Positions 11,955 to 23,617 of a stretch of DNA of 64,000 nt are shown one piece after another. Position 1 is the stretch's first letter; every line of letters starts with the position of its first letter. The stretch comes from Chlorokybus atmophyticus (lineage: Eukaryota > Plantae > Mesostigma and Chlorokybus algae), in the NCBI GenBank assembly GCA_009103225.1, contig RHPI01000193.1:678650-742649 (forward strand), given 5' to 3'. Made by a program: the position numbers and the translations under genes. A model generated the notes under the pieces. It worked only from the letters and a program-made list of their open reading frames with translations. It made no database searches and was not told where the DNA came from.

Positions 11955-14827
11955 ATGAAGAAGGAGTCCTTCTTCCGTCTCAAGTACTGGCCTCGTCTAG
12001 GCTCCCTGCGCGACCTCACGGGACCCAACAAGATCCGGACCATCTTGTCCGAGTTCATCTGCACGCTCATACTGGGTAAGAGATACGTAAGGGAGTATAT
12101 ATGTGTGTTTACGTGTGTACATGTGCTCATGCATGTGTGCGCAATTGTGCAGATGTGAGTTTATGCAAACGCGCACGCGCACCCAGACGCACATACACAC
12201 GCGTGTGACACCGATACACATGCTGTCTACATGTCACACACAGCATGTCTGCATGCGCGTGGGTATGCACACATTTCGTGTTGTGTTTTTTACTTGCAAA
12301 GTAGTCCTGACTCACCCTTTCTTCATCAGTCTTCTTCGGTACGGGTGCTGTTGTTGCCACGGGTCTCCCCGAGTTCCATGGCAACGGCGCTGGTTCGGGC
12401 GCATTGCCTGCCGTGATCGATCCCGCGCGCACCGTTGCCATCGCTCTCGCTTTCGGCCTGGTGAGTGTATGTTGGGGTGTTTAATACAGCGTGTTGGCTT
12501 GTTGTGTCGGCACAACAACCCAACATTTTTCGTTATAGTTGTACACTGCCACACACCACAGCTTGCGCTGCATGCGGCACACTTACAAGCATACATTGGC
12601 AGGTGCTCGTGTGTTTGGTTGCCATGACTTCGAGTGTGTCGGGAGGATGCCACGCCAACCCTTCTGTCACCCTAGCATTCTTGATATTAGGTAGTGTGCA
12701 CAATTGATTGCAGTTGAACTGTGACTTGCTAGCTCAACCAATGACTCAACATGTGGGTGCAGGGTACATGCCGGTGTTGCAGGCGATAGGCTACGTGCTC
12801 GCGCAGCTTGGTGGTGCCTTGTGTGCGTCGCTGTTGCTTAAAGCGTCCACACGTTCAGAGGTGCACATGCTTGGTTACATGCGTGTGTGCATCTGTCTGT
12901 ACGTACATATGGGCATGTGTGGCTGGCCTCATGCGTGTCTGCGTATGAACACGCGTACATCCAAGGCATGTGGGTCTTTGTACATGCACAAGTGCATATG
13001 CATGTGCGTACAGGATATGCTGCCAGTAGTTGTAGACACGCATGACATCACTCACAGCATGCCAAACAGCATGCAAGCACCTCCCCGTCAAACATGCATA
13101 CATGCGTATGTGTGTACCTCGCGCCTCTGTTGGCACGTTCAAGTGCAAATGGAACTTGTGTGAACATGCGATATGCGGTATGCTTACATATGTTGGCATG
13201 TATGTGCCTTTGCATTTGATTACTTTGTCTGCGCCCTTGCACATTTTTGTGTGCCTGTGTGCATATGTGTGTTGCATTCAGCTTGTGCCACTTCTGCCGA
13301 GTGAAACGTTCGAACATTGCCCTGTCTCACTCATCTCCTTCCTCCTTTCAGTGGCGGCAATCCCTTGGCGCTAACAGCGTCCACGCGGGACTGAGCGCCT
13401 GGAACGCGTTCGAGGTTGAAGCCATCGTCACGTTCTTCTTCGTGCTTGGTAAGATACAAAGTTGTGGTTATTGGTGTGATGCTGTCTATAATTGCAAATT
13501 GGGGATGAGTGCATCAGAGCCATATGCACAGACACGCACGCACGCACGCACGCACACACAAGCATACACCCTGATGCATACGCACTCTCACGCTCACACT
13601 CGCATTTCATTCACACGCACACTCCTGCACTGTCACGAACACGTTCTCACACTCTTGCACTTCCACTCCCTCAGTTTTCTCAGTGTCAAACAATCTCCCC
13701 CACACCAACACCCACACCCTCACTCACTCACTCACTCACTGACCCCTTCTCCCCTCTGATCCGCAGTCATTCTTGGCACGGCCTGCGCCCCGACGGACCG
13801 CAACCAGCGCGCTCTCGCCCCCGTCCCGATCGGCTTCGCGCTCGCGGTTGGAAATCTTGTGCTGATTGCCTTCGATGGGGCGAGCATCAACCCCGCACGC
13901 AGCTTCGGGCCGGCGGTGGTGGCGGACAAATGGTCGAATCACTGGGTGAGTGTGTGTGTGTGTGTATGTGGATGTGCGTACGCACATGTGTGGGTGTGCA
14001 TGTGTACACTCTGAGATCCTGCTGATTTGGTAATTCGTGGAGGAGCCAGGCGCTTATGCACATGCGTGTGTTGGCATGCCATGGGCAGTGCACTGTCCGT
14101 GCTTGCGTGCGTGTACGCCTGTGCACATGTATTTGAGTGTGCGTGTGTGTGGGTGTATAATACAGTATGCAAGGATGCAAGGATTGTGTTTGTATGTCCG
14201 CGTGCATGCACAAGTGTACATCAAATGCAGGACATGCATGTGTGTATGATACAGATAATCACTTTATTGGAGCAGCGTCGCGCACATTCCAATTCATTCA
14301 TCGACACTAGCTCAATTATGATTACATGGCTTCACTTGAGCAACACTTTACAGTCACTGACCAACCTCTTGTTGCCCTGACAGGTGTTTTGGGCTGGGCC
14401 GTTGTTGGGTTCGTGCTTGGCGTCGCTCGTGCACGCGTTCGTGATGACTCCCTCGCACGCGAAAGGCACCCTCAACATGGACTCTGCATCGGTGAGTCAG
14501 CAATACACTCTGTGTTTGGTGCACAATCACACGACCTTCGCGCGTCCACATCTCTGTGGTTGTGCATACACATGCGCACGCACGCACGCACGTGCAGGTT
14601 ACTTACATGCTGTCTGTTCTTTGTCACAGGCACCTCCGGTAACGGATGAAAAGAGGCAATCCGTTGAAGAGGGTAGACCCAACAACAACAACACCACCAC
14701 CAACAACAACAATATCTACGCTGTTGGAGCTTACACAGCTGAAGGGCTGCATCGACCTCCCGCAGGACCGCCTCCGCGCAAAGGTGGCTTGCTTGGACAC
14801 ACTGTTGGGACGGACATCAACGTGTAG
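11955..14827 (+). CDS. Aquaporin (MIP family) copy 1, 8 exons, NPS/NPA motifs
   Basis: Spliced protein MKKESFFRLKYWPRL...SEFICTLILGVFFGTG...IALAFGL...SGGCHANPSVT...YVLAQLGGA...EVEAIVTFFFV...IGFALAVGNL...DGASINPARSFGPA...VFWAGPLLG...GTDINV*. All introns GT-AG. Upstream in-frame ATG at 11916 possible. Confidence 0.92.
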
Positions 14828-15289
14828 ATGATGTGTTGGCATTCGCGGGTATGCATGTGTAAATAGTGTGCATACATATGTTGGCGTGCAGGCGGGAGCA
14901 GTTGCTTGTTGTAGTTAGTGCAGGTCTTTACAGGCATTGCACGCAAGGCAGTTGTCTTCATGTTGTAAAGTGCATAGGCGAAACAAGCAGACTATAGTTG
15001 CTTTGTAGAGAACTTTGTAGACAAATTGTCGTCATTTACTCTGTTGGTGCGCATTTTGTTACTGTGTAAGATGTTGTATGCTGTTGCTACAGCATCCTGT
15101 ACCTAAGGTGTAATTATGCAAGCTGAAACCAGTAAGCATTTTCAATACATATCACAACACTACGTCAGCTTCATGCAGAACAAACCTCTCGCAAACAATA
15201 CATCGCGTGCGCACAAACCCCAATCAACATAGTGAACTAAATTAGTTCACTAGTTCAGTTGCGAACATGAACTAAAATAGTCATACCTC

Positions 15290-17750
15290 TTTGGTAGGAA
15301 CCAGGGTTATGCTAGTGTAAGAGGAGCATCCAGTAGCCTTTGAGAGTTTCAAGTATAAGCCCGCGGCGAAGAATTACTCGACCACCTATCACGAATTATC
15401 AGGTGTTGTGAAAGCGTTGCATAGATGGAGGTATTACTTAGAGGGGAGGCATTTTAAGGTGATAACTGATCACAACCCCTTAGTGCACCTAAATACGCAA
15501 CCTAATTTGTAGCGACGCCAAGTAAGGTGGCATGAGTATTTGATGCGATATGATTTTGATTGGGAATATAGGCCAGGTAGGAAAAAGGCGGCAGATCCTT
15601 TAAGTAGGCATCCCGCATTATCCGAGGATTTGGCGTTACTTGCATTGGATTATGTGAGTGACATTCCTAACCAAATAATCGCAAGTTATACTAATTGCCC
15701 GGAGTTCCTTTTGGAATTCAACCAAGTGTTAAAACCACATGGGGCATTTTGGTATAAAGATGAAGAAAAGATTGCGGTTCCAATGAATGGGTCACCTAGG
15801 TCAAAGGTGATTGAAGAATCACATAATCCCCCTTACCATGGCCATTTTGGTATAAGGAAAACTACCGAGCTTTTGGCTAGGAGGTATTGGTGGCCGACCT
15901 TAAGAATTGATGTCGAAAGCTTTGTAAAGAATTGTGACTCATGCCAAAGGAATAAATCCGTAAGGATAAAACCGGCCGGAAAATTACAACCTTTGCCCAT
16001 ACCAGAGGGGGCTTAGAAGTCTATGTCTGTTGACTTCATAGTCCAATTACCTAAAACGGTAAAAGGGAATAACGAAATGGTTGTATTTGTAGACCGGTTT
16101 AGTAAGGTTGTTCACTTAGAACCAACTCCTCCAAAATTTACGGGCGAGGATTTGCCCATGCCTTTTTCAGGATATGGTACTCACAACATGGGATGCCCGT
16201 GGATATGATTTCGGATAGGGATTCGCGGTTCACTTCCGCCTTTTGGCGTGAAGTATGTGATACATTAAATTGAGATAATAAGTTATCCACCGCGTTTCAT
16301 CCTCAACCAGATGGGCAAACCGAGCATGTGAATCAGACAGTGGAACAACTATTGAGGCATTACTCACTAAAGAATATTAGAGATTGGGATACATATCTCC
16401 CTTTCGTTGAGTATGCCATCAATGATTCGGTGAATGAGTCAACGGGGATGACACCATTTGATATTGGTTATGGCCGCCATTTATTAAGTCCAGTTGAGGC
16501 TTTAATGGAGAATATGGGGGCTAGAAAAAGAGTCAACCCCTCGACTCAAATTTTGGCTCAACGATTAGGGCAGGTGCAAAATGAGGCCAAGAGGGCCTTA
16601 TTAGCAACCCAAAATCGTATGCGTCAATATGCCGATGCCAAGAGGGCAGAGGCCGTGTTTGAAGTGGGACAAGAAGTCCTACTTAGCACAAAGAATGTGA
16701 GGATGGAGTTTCTCGATGGGGCCCGAAAACTATTACCCCGATGGCTTGGACCATTTAAGGTAATAGAAAAGATAGGGGCTATGGCATTCAAGTTAGAATT
16801 GCCACCGAGTCTTAAGATACATAATGTATTTCATGCCTCGCTATTGAGAACCTATCACTCAGATGGGTCGGTGCAGCCACCACCACCCCCAATGTTTATA
16901 GAAGGAGATTGGGAGTATGAAGTTGAGGGTATAATAACCCACAAAGGCCGGAAAGGCAGATCTCCCAGTTACTTTGTGAAATGGAAGGGTCATCCGTTCG
17001 AAGCATGTGAATGGGTTGACGAACCTAACATGCGATCACCGCTTCTGATAAAGAAATATTGGAGGGAGCTAACGGTTGCCCAAAGATGAAGTCCAGGTAG
17101 GTCCATTTCTGAAAATATATATTTTCCGCCTTTAGAAGTAGTTCCACGTTTTGACCTATCAAGTCACTGATCATGGCTTGTTTTCCTAGGTTGGAAAGCG
17201 TGGAGAAAGAAATTGAGCAGAGACGCTCAATAACTAAAGGGGGGGCATTGTTACGGCCTAGCTACTACAGCTGGTCATGTACAGTGTATATATAAGTTTA
17301 ATTAGCGAGAGACAAAAGTTTAATGAACCTTGGTTGGATTATCTTGGTTTGTTATACAAGCTTTGAATGCGTGTGTTTGTGTTTGAGCTTTAACACGAAT
17401 GCAATGCATCGCTAATTATAGGCCTGGCTAGTTAGAGCATTTGCATGCATCTAATTAGAAGTGGTTGACTAGGAATTACCCTATTCATGAATGTATGGGC
17501 GTCTTGAGTAGGAAGATAAAAGCACATGGCTTTAGTATAATGATTTATTAACGCGCTGTGGGCTTATGGGGCCAATCGCGTGAAACATCATAGGAAAAAG
17601 CATGTGTAATTATAAGGTTCATTTAGGCCAATCCAAGGCGGCTTATTTGGATCAGATGAATAGAACGAAGTAGCCTACCTAGGGTGAACAAAAAGGACTT
17701 CGCGAAATGAGTTCGCGAAGGGGTTGATTCACCTGCGAAGTGAATCAACA
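15290..17750 (+). mobile_element. Truncated, degenerate Ty3/Gypsy chromovirus: RNase H-integrase-chromodomain, PPT and one LTR
   Basis: RNase H (ITDHNPL...RWHEYLMRYDFDWEYRPG), integrase zinc finger (HNPPYHGHFG...CDSCQ), core (SVDFI...VDRFSK...DGQTE), GPF motif, chromodomain (YEVEGI...YFVKWKG...EW) ending 17089. In-frame stops near 15508 and 16014 plus frameshift. PPT aaaggggggg 17236-17245; LTR TGTT...AACA 17249-17750. Confidence 0.9.
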
Positions 17751-18065
17751 TAGTGAACTAAATTAGTTCACTAGTTCAGTTGCGAACATGAACTAAAATA
17801 GTTCACTGAATCAATTACGAACATGAACTAAACTAGTTCACTAGGGGTTCGTAAGTGAACTAAAATAGTTCACTGATTCAGTTACGAACATGAACTAAAA
17901 TAGTTCACTAGGGGTTCGTAAATGGACTAAGAGAATCACCCTAATATGAGGGGACTAATAGTTGGGAGAGCCAAAAGTGAATCACTGGTGAACTAAAGTA
18001 GTTCACTAGTAAAGTGATTCATAAAGCCGACAAGGTAGTGAACTAAAGTTGATTCACTAGTGAAT
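17751..18065. repeat. Array of 7 short palindromes TGAACTA-NNN-TAGTTCA; a 60-bp copy also at 15222-15281
   Basis: Read directly: tagtgaactaaattagttcacta at 17751 with variants near 17789, 17824, 17855, 17891, 17988, 18038. 15222-15281 is identical to 17743-17802. Confidence 0.9.
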
Positions 18066-18449
18066 CAACTATTAGATCACTTCGCGAGTCCTGCTGGTCA
18101 ATTGCATGTGGTGCCGAACAAAGACCCGAGCTGACTGTGTGCGACCGTGTGGACGCAGGTGATTTGACAACATGCATGCTTGTATGGCTAACGGGGGCGG
18201 GTAGTAGTGTAGAAGATGTAGTGGCTAGCCCGGTGGTCAAGTTGAATAAAGGTTAGTTGCGGATGCACTTGCATGCGTTATGCATGACACCCTATGCATG
18301 CGGACTACCTAGCATACTATCTCTTGTACACATCGTGGCCTTCAGTTGTGGTTATGTGTGGGGTGGGGTTTGGGGAATGGTTGAGAATGTGGGTGTATTA
18401 GTATGTATGGACGTGACATGTGCAATGCTTGCAATATATGCCACCCGCA

Positions 18450-19520
18450 GCCACTACTTTGGCAAACAGGTGGCGATTGGTGTACATGCCATGTGCGCTT
18501 CTGAGAGGATTGTGTGCATACAGAGTAGAACGGATTGCGTGTGTATACATATCTGTTTATGGTCATATAAACGTATCGGATACGATGCAGTTTACAATGG
18601 ATAGATCTGTGGCATGTACTGTTGCATCAACTTGAAAGGTTTGATTGCCCTGGACCCTGACGTTCAATGTGTAACATATATGCAATGTTATGCATGTGAC
18701 CCCATTGTGTTGTTTGCTGAATGACTTGGCTGTTTCGTGAGCATGCAAGTTAGCCTTTGGTTAGGAAACAGACCCCAATGAGGTAAAACAGCCAACAACC
18801 TGTGAAATTGACACATCAGCTCTGGCGTAACTCATGATCAGCAGGTTTTCATCATTGCAGATTGCAAAACCGCCCCGTCGCATTGCTCCGCGTAAGAAGA
18901 ACGGTATGCTGAGTACGCAGTCTGCGTAACTGCCGAACAACTGCTTAGCCTCATGGAGAACTGATGCGGTCATTGAGGGTTGTGTAAACAGTACTTGTGA
19001 GCTCACCTGATGAACTTGTAACTGAGTTAGACACGCATACATCGCCGGCGTTGAACGGCGCAGTTGTGTTCGCCCAGCTCTGACAATGTGAGTGCGTGTG
19101 TAAGCGCGCATGCATCTGTGTGCATGCGTGCGTGCGTGCGCACACGTACATGTCCGTGCTTATGTCTGTGCTCATTGCAACGAGCACTTGTCTGTGTACA
19201 CCTGCACGCGCATGCACATGTGTGTGTGCGTGCGCATGTGCGTCTGCGTGGCTGACAACCATTCCCTCCCATAACAAGTTGAAGCAAGGACTTTGCACCA
19301 CGCGCCATCAACACATCTGGTACTGCTCGTGGTCTGGTTCTGGGTTCATGACTGCGGAGGGAGGTGCCTAGCCAGCGTCATCCGGCCTCGGGCCGGTAGA
19401 GGTCGGCAACCTCTACCACCCAAGCAGCCGCGCCGGCAGGGTGCAGCAGGAGAAGCAAGCTCACCGCTGTCGTTGTGAGCACAGCACTGCTGCAGCTGCT
19501 TGATGGAGACGCTGCTTCAT
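18450..19520 (-). pseudogene. Phytocyanin pseudogene (paralogue of 25768-27087)
   Basis: Same exon order as the intact copy (SWANTTAPFNAGD; HTVLLTRSNAT; VQGNQTFQVDATVH...NCIVS). Frameshift just after the ATG, GT->AT donors after exon 1 (taccag|atgtg) and exon 4 (tccg|atacg), frameshift and stops in exon 3. Confidence 0.8.
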
Positions 19521-21382
19521 GGCTGCGGAGAAGGTCGCAACAAGCAATGAGACAGAGAGACTGCGCGAGCAGTGTGTGCGTTATGCCTGCACAAATATGC
19601 ATGCATGTGCAGAGGGAGGCCAAGTGTAGATGTCATGACTGGTCTGACACGATTGCTGAGCTGGTGTAGGCCTTAACCCAGCGCAAGCCAGAGTGATAGC
19701 CTGTTCACTGTTACGGTCTGTCGCTTGGCTCGGACTGTGTCGGACACAAAGCGTATGCTTGTTGACTACTTGCATTGCGCTTGCAAATGCACAAGGAGCC
19801 AAGTACACATCGAGTGGTCGACTTGACTGCACGTAAGCAACCTTGCTTGCAATCTCAACACACAAACAGCGTCGTTTTTGTGTTGCAGTGCACTGCCTGC
19901 ACAAGAAGCAAACAAGAAACCAAGCGTCAACCATGCTTGCGACCTGGAAACCACACGCATGCATGCGCTTCTCAGCAGTTTTGGTCAGCGAGAACTATCC
20001 GGCACCTGCATGGCTGCAAGCTGGCACCCAACGCAACGCAGTGCTTCGCAGACTGCCCTGACTCAAGCCACAGAGTGCACCAAGCAAGCAAGCTAGCACC
20101 TCACCTCGACCTGATCCTTCGTCTTTGCCTCCCGCAGAATCGTCACCACCTGCCGCCTAATGATTCCAAGCCAAGCTAAGCTCAGCTTAAGCTTAGCGAA
20201 AGAGCGAAGCGCAGGTCACCTAAGCTAAGGCATTAAGGCACTGAACGTATGCGTTTCAGGCAGTTGATGCTGTCATGTAGCAAGTTGACGCGCGCGCAAA
20301 GCGCATTAAAATACTGATTGCGCTTATTCATTGCGCGCGCAAAGCGCTTGCGTTAAGTGCCTTGATTGGTTTGAAACCTCCGCACAGTCACACAGTCTCT
20401 CGACTCAGCTTTGCCATAGCTGCCAGTGGCTTTGACATGGGTTCGCGATGGGTGAGTGGAGAGAGTGTCTCCACGCCTTGCAGGCGGTTGGTCGGCTTGA
20501 TTGGTCTGAAAGCTCAACTCAGCACAGCTCGACTCACCTCAGCAAAGTTTGCCTTTTCAAGCATAGCTGAGGCAATGCAGTGCCATACTTGCGAGTGGCT
20601 TGTAGAACATGGTTGTTCATTGGATGACTGGAGACAATGCCCAAGTCTTGAAGGCGGCTAGTGCTCGGCTTTGCCGAAGTCGACAGAAAACAAGGAGGTT
20701 GAGGTGAGCTTAAGCTACAGCCCCTCAGCTGAGCTGGCTCAAGTTTCACATATGTTCAGCAAAGCTTTACAGAAGCATTCATGCATGCGCCTGGAAAACT
20801 GTCGCTCAAGCAGCGTTACAAGCAGTGTAGCAAGCTTGTGTAGGCAGCGCGCTTGAAAGCAAACAGCACTAATGCTAACCGTGCAAGCCATTTCGCCAGC
20901 GTTCCTTATGCGTTTGGTGCAGTTTGTTACTGCGTGCGCATAGATTCAGCGAGTGGTGTCCACAGTCTGTCGTTGTGCAGCTCTTTGCACTAGTGTAGTC
21001 TTGGTGTGTTGTATGTGTTTTGCCGGTGTGTATATCTTAGCGCATGTGTGTGATAAAATTGTGCGTATCACTGGTTCGTGTCTGGCGAGGGGTAAATGAA
21101 GCGCAAGGGAACACCAGGAGCTGTGTGGATGTGTGCACGGGTGCATGCAACTAGCTTTGATTGAGACAAACAGAGGGAAAGCAAGCTACGCAGGTGGAAG
21201 AAGGAGGATCTAGTGGATTGGTGTTGGGCTGGGGTTTATCTTTCTCAATGAATTGCCCTGAGCTCTGGCAAGTAGTGTTCTACAGTGGTTGTTTCAACTC
21301 TTTCTTCCCACCGACAACCACACACCCATGGCCACACACCCATGGCCGCGCCCACACTCAACCAACATTCCTTGTGCAGAGA

Positions 21383-23617
21383 ATGACAAATACACAGTCC
21401 AACGCAGTGAAGGTCTGGTCCTTCCGGCTTAAGTACCGGCCGCGCCTGGGCTCCGTGCGCGGCGACGTCTTTGGCCCCAACAAGATCCGCACCATCATCT
21501 CTGAGTACATATCCACTCTCATACTGGGTGAGAGAGTATGTATGTGTCTATGTGTATGCGTGTTCAATGGTAAGATCATGCGCACACGCATACGGCTGCA
21601 GTGCATGCGCATGCACTGTGTGTGCACGTGTATGTATATATACGCACGTGTCTACGTGTGCGAGTGTGTCGTGCACACGGATGCACACTTTGTGGGTGTC
21701 ACACTGAGCACGTGTGCATGCATGTGTGCGCACATGCTGGTGCATCTTGTTCACTCAGTAAACTTCGCCTGACTCGCATGTTCTTCTCCAGTCTTTGTCG
21801 GTACGGGTGCTGTGGTCGCGACGGGTATCCCTGCGTTCCATGGCAGCGGCGCGGGTGCGGATGCATTGCCTGCCGTGATTGATCCCGCGCGCACCGTCGC
21901 CATAGCTCTTGCCTTCGGCCTGGTGAGTGCATGTTGGGTGATGGCAGAGGATCATGTTGGTTAGTGTCGTGCCGACAGAACCAAGGAAAGCAATCGCAGG
22001 TGCTCGTGTGTTTGGTCGCCATGACTTCAAGCGTGTCGGGCGGATGCCACGCCAATCCTGCTGTCACCACCGCGTTCTTGATATTGGGTAATGTGTACAA
22101 CTTGATTGTCGGTACCGATGATACGCTACCTCTCAAGCGCATCCCCAAAGTATGTTCCTCTGTTGCAGGGTACATGCCGGTGATACAGGCAATATGTTAC
22201 GTGCTCGCGCAGCTTGGGGGAGCCCTTTGTGCGTCGCTCCTGCTCAAAGCATCCGTACGCTCGCAGGTGTGCATGTGTGCGTGTGTGCATGCGTGTAAAC
22301 AATTGTGGGCATCTGCGCGCACATATGCACATGTGCATGTGCCAAGTAAGGTTTCTCTTCTCTTTCAGTGGCGCCAATCGCTTGGTGCCAACGCCGTCCA
22401 TGCGGGACTGAGCGCCTGGAACGCGTTCGAGGTCGAGGCCATCGTTACGTTCTTTTTCGTGCTTGGTAAGAGATACAAGCGACAGCAGTTTGCCAAATCA
22501 CGCGGCGTGATGCATAATCAATGCTAATTAGTTTCAAGGCAAGAAGTGTATCCGTAACCCACGCACGCACACGCACAAGTATGCACACTCACACCCTCAC
22601 GCATACACTCTCACACTCTCACACTTACCGTGACACAAACACAGACACACACACACACACACACACTCGCACTCGCTGTTGTTATGTTCCAGTCATCCTG
22701 GGCACCGCGTGCGCTCCCACCGACCGCAACCAGCGCGCCCTGGCCCCCGTCCCGATCGGCTTCGCGCTCGCAGTTGGAAACCTTGTACTGATTGCCTATG
22801 ACGGGGCAAGCATCAACCCCGCCCGCAGCTTTGGACCAGCCGTGGTGGCAGATAAGTGGGCCGATCACTGGGTAAGTTGGGGTGTGGGTATGTGTGCGTG
22901 TGCGTGTGCGTGTTGGCTCGCGCGTGTGCTCGTGCGTCCAGTTTGTGGATTTGTCCGTGCACCACGCACATGCAGGGTGTCGACAACAGTTAGCGACACA
23001 CTAGCCTATGTGTTGTGGAATGACTTTAACTTGCTTGCTCACGCAAGACTGCACTTACAAACACTCTGTTTGAATTTTGGTCACTGGTACAATCACTGGT
23101 AAGACAATTACTGATTGGCTCTCGTTGCTCTTAAAGGTGTTCTGGTGCGGCCCGTTGTTGGGTGCCTGTTTGGCCTCGCTCGTGCACGCTTTTGTCATGA
23201 CTCCCTCGCACGTGAAAGGCACCGTTGACATGCCCTCAGCACAGGTGCGAAAGTAGCGACACTCCGTATTCAACAACCAACATACAACACAGTCACAGGC
23301 TCACACCTCTGTGGCTGTCTTGATGCATGCACGCTTACTGTGTGAGCGTGTGCGCTTGCGCGTGCAGGTGTGTGTACCAAGTGGCGTGCATACGTATCAA
23401 ATGTTGTTTACACTTCTAACTACAGGGACCTCCAGTACAAGACGATAAACAGAAGTCGCTTGAAGAGGGTACACCCAACAACAGCGACAACGACATGAAA
23501 AAACCCAACAATGTTGGGGCTCATACGGCGGAAGGGCTGCATCGTCCTCCTATGCAAACGCAGCCGCGCAAGCAGGGCTTTCTTGGATACACTGTCGGGA
23601 CGGACATCAACGTATAG
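21383..23617 (+). CDS. Aquaporin (MIP family) copy 2, 8 exons, NPA/NPA, apparently intact
   Basis: Same exon structure as copy 1: SGGCHANPAVT, GNLVLIAYDGASINPARSFG, C-terminus GYTVGTDINV*. No stops after splicing. Confidence 0.9.

Noticed and set aside
17751-18065. CRISPR array
   Set aside because: Spacers are short, mutually related and recurring; repeats are degenerate; context is eukaryotic with no cas genes. Kept only as a palindrome array.
18108-18130. tRNA primer-binding site (tggtgccgaac...) after the array
   Set aside because: This stretch aligns with host sequence at ~24630-24690, so the resemblance is probably chance.
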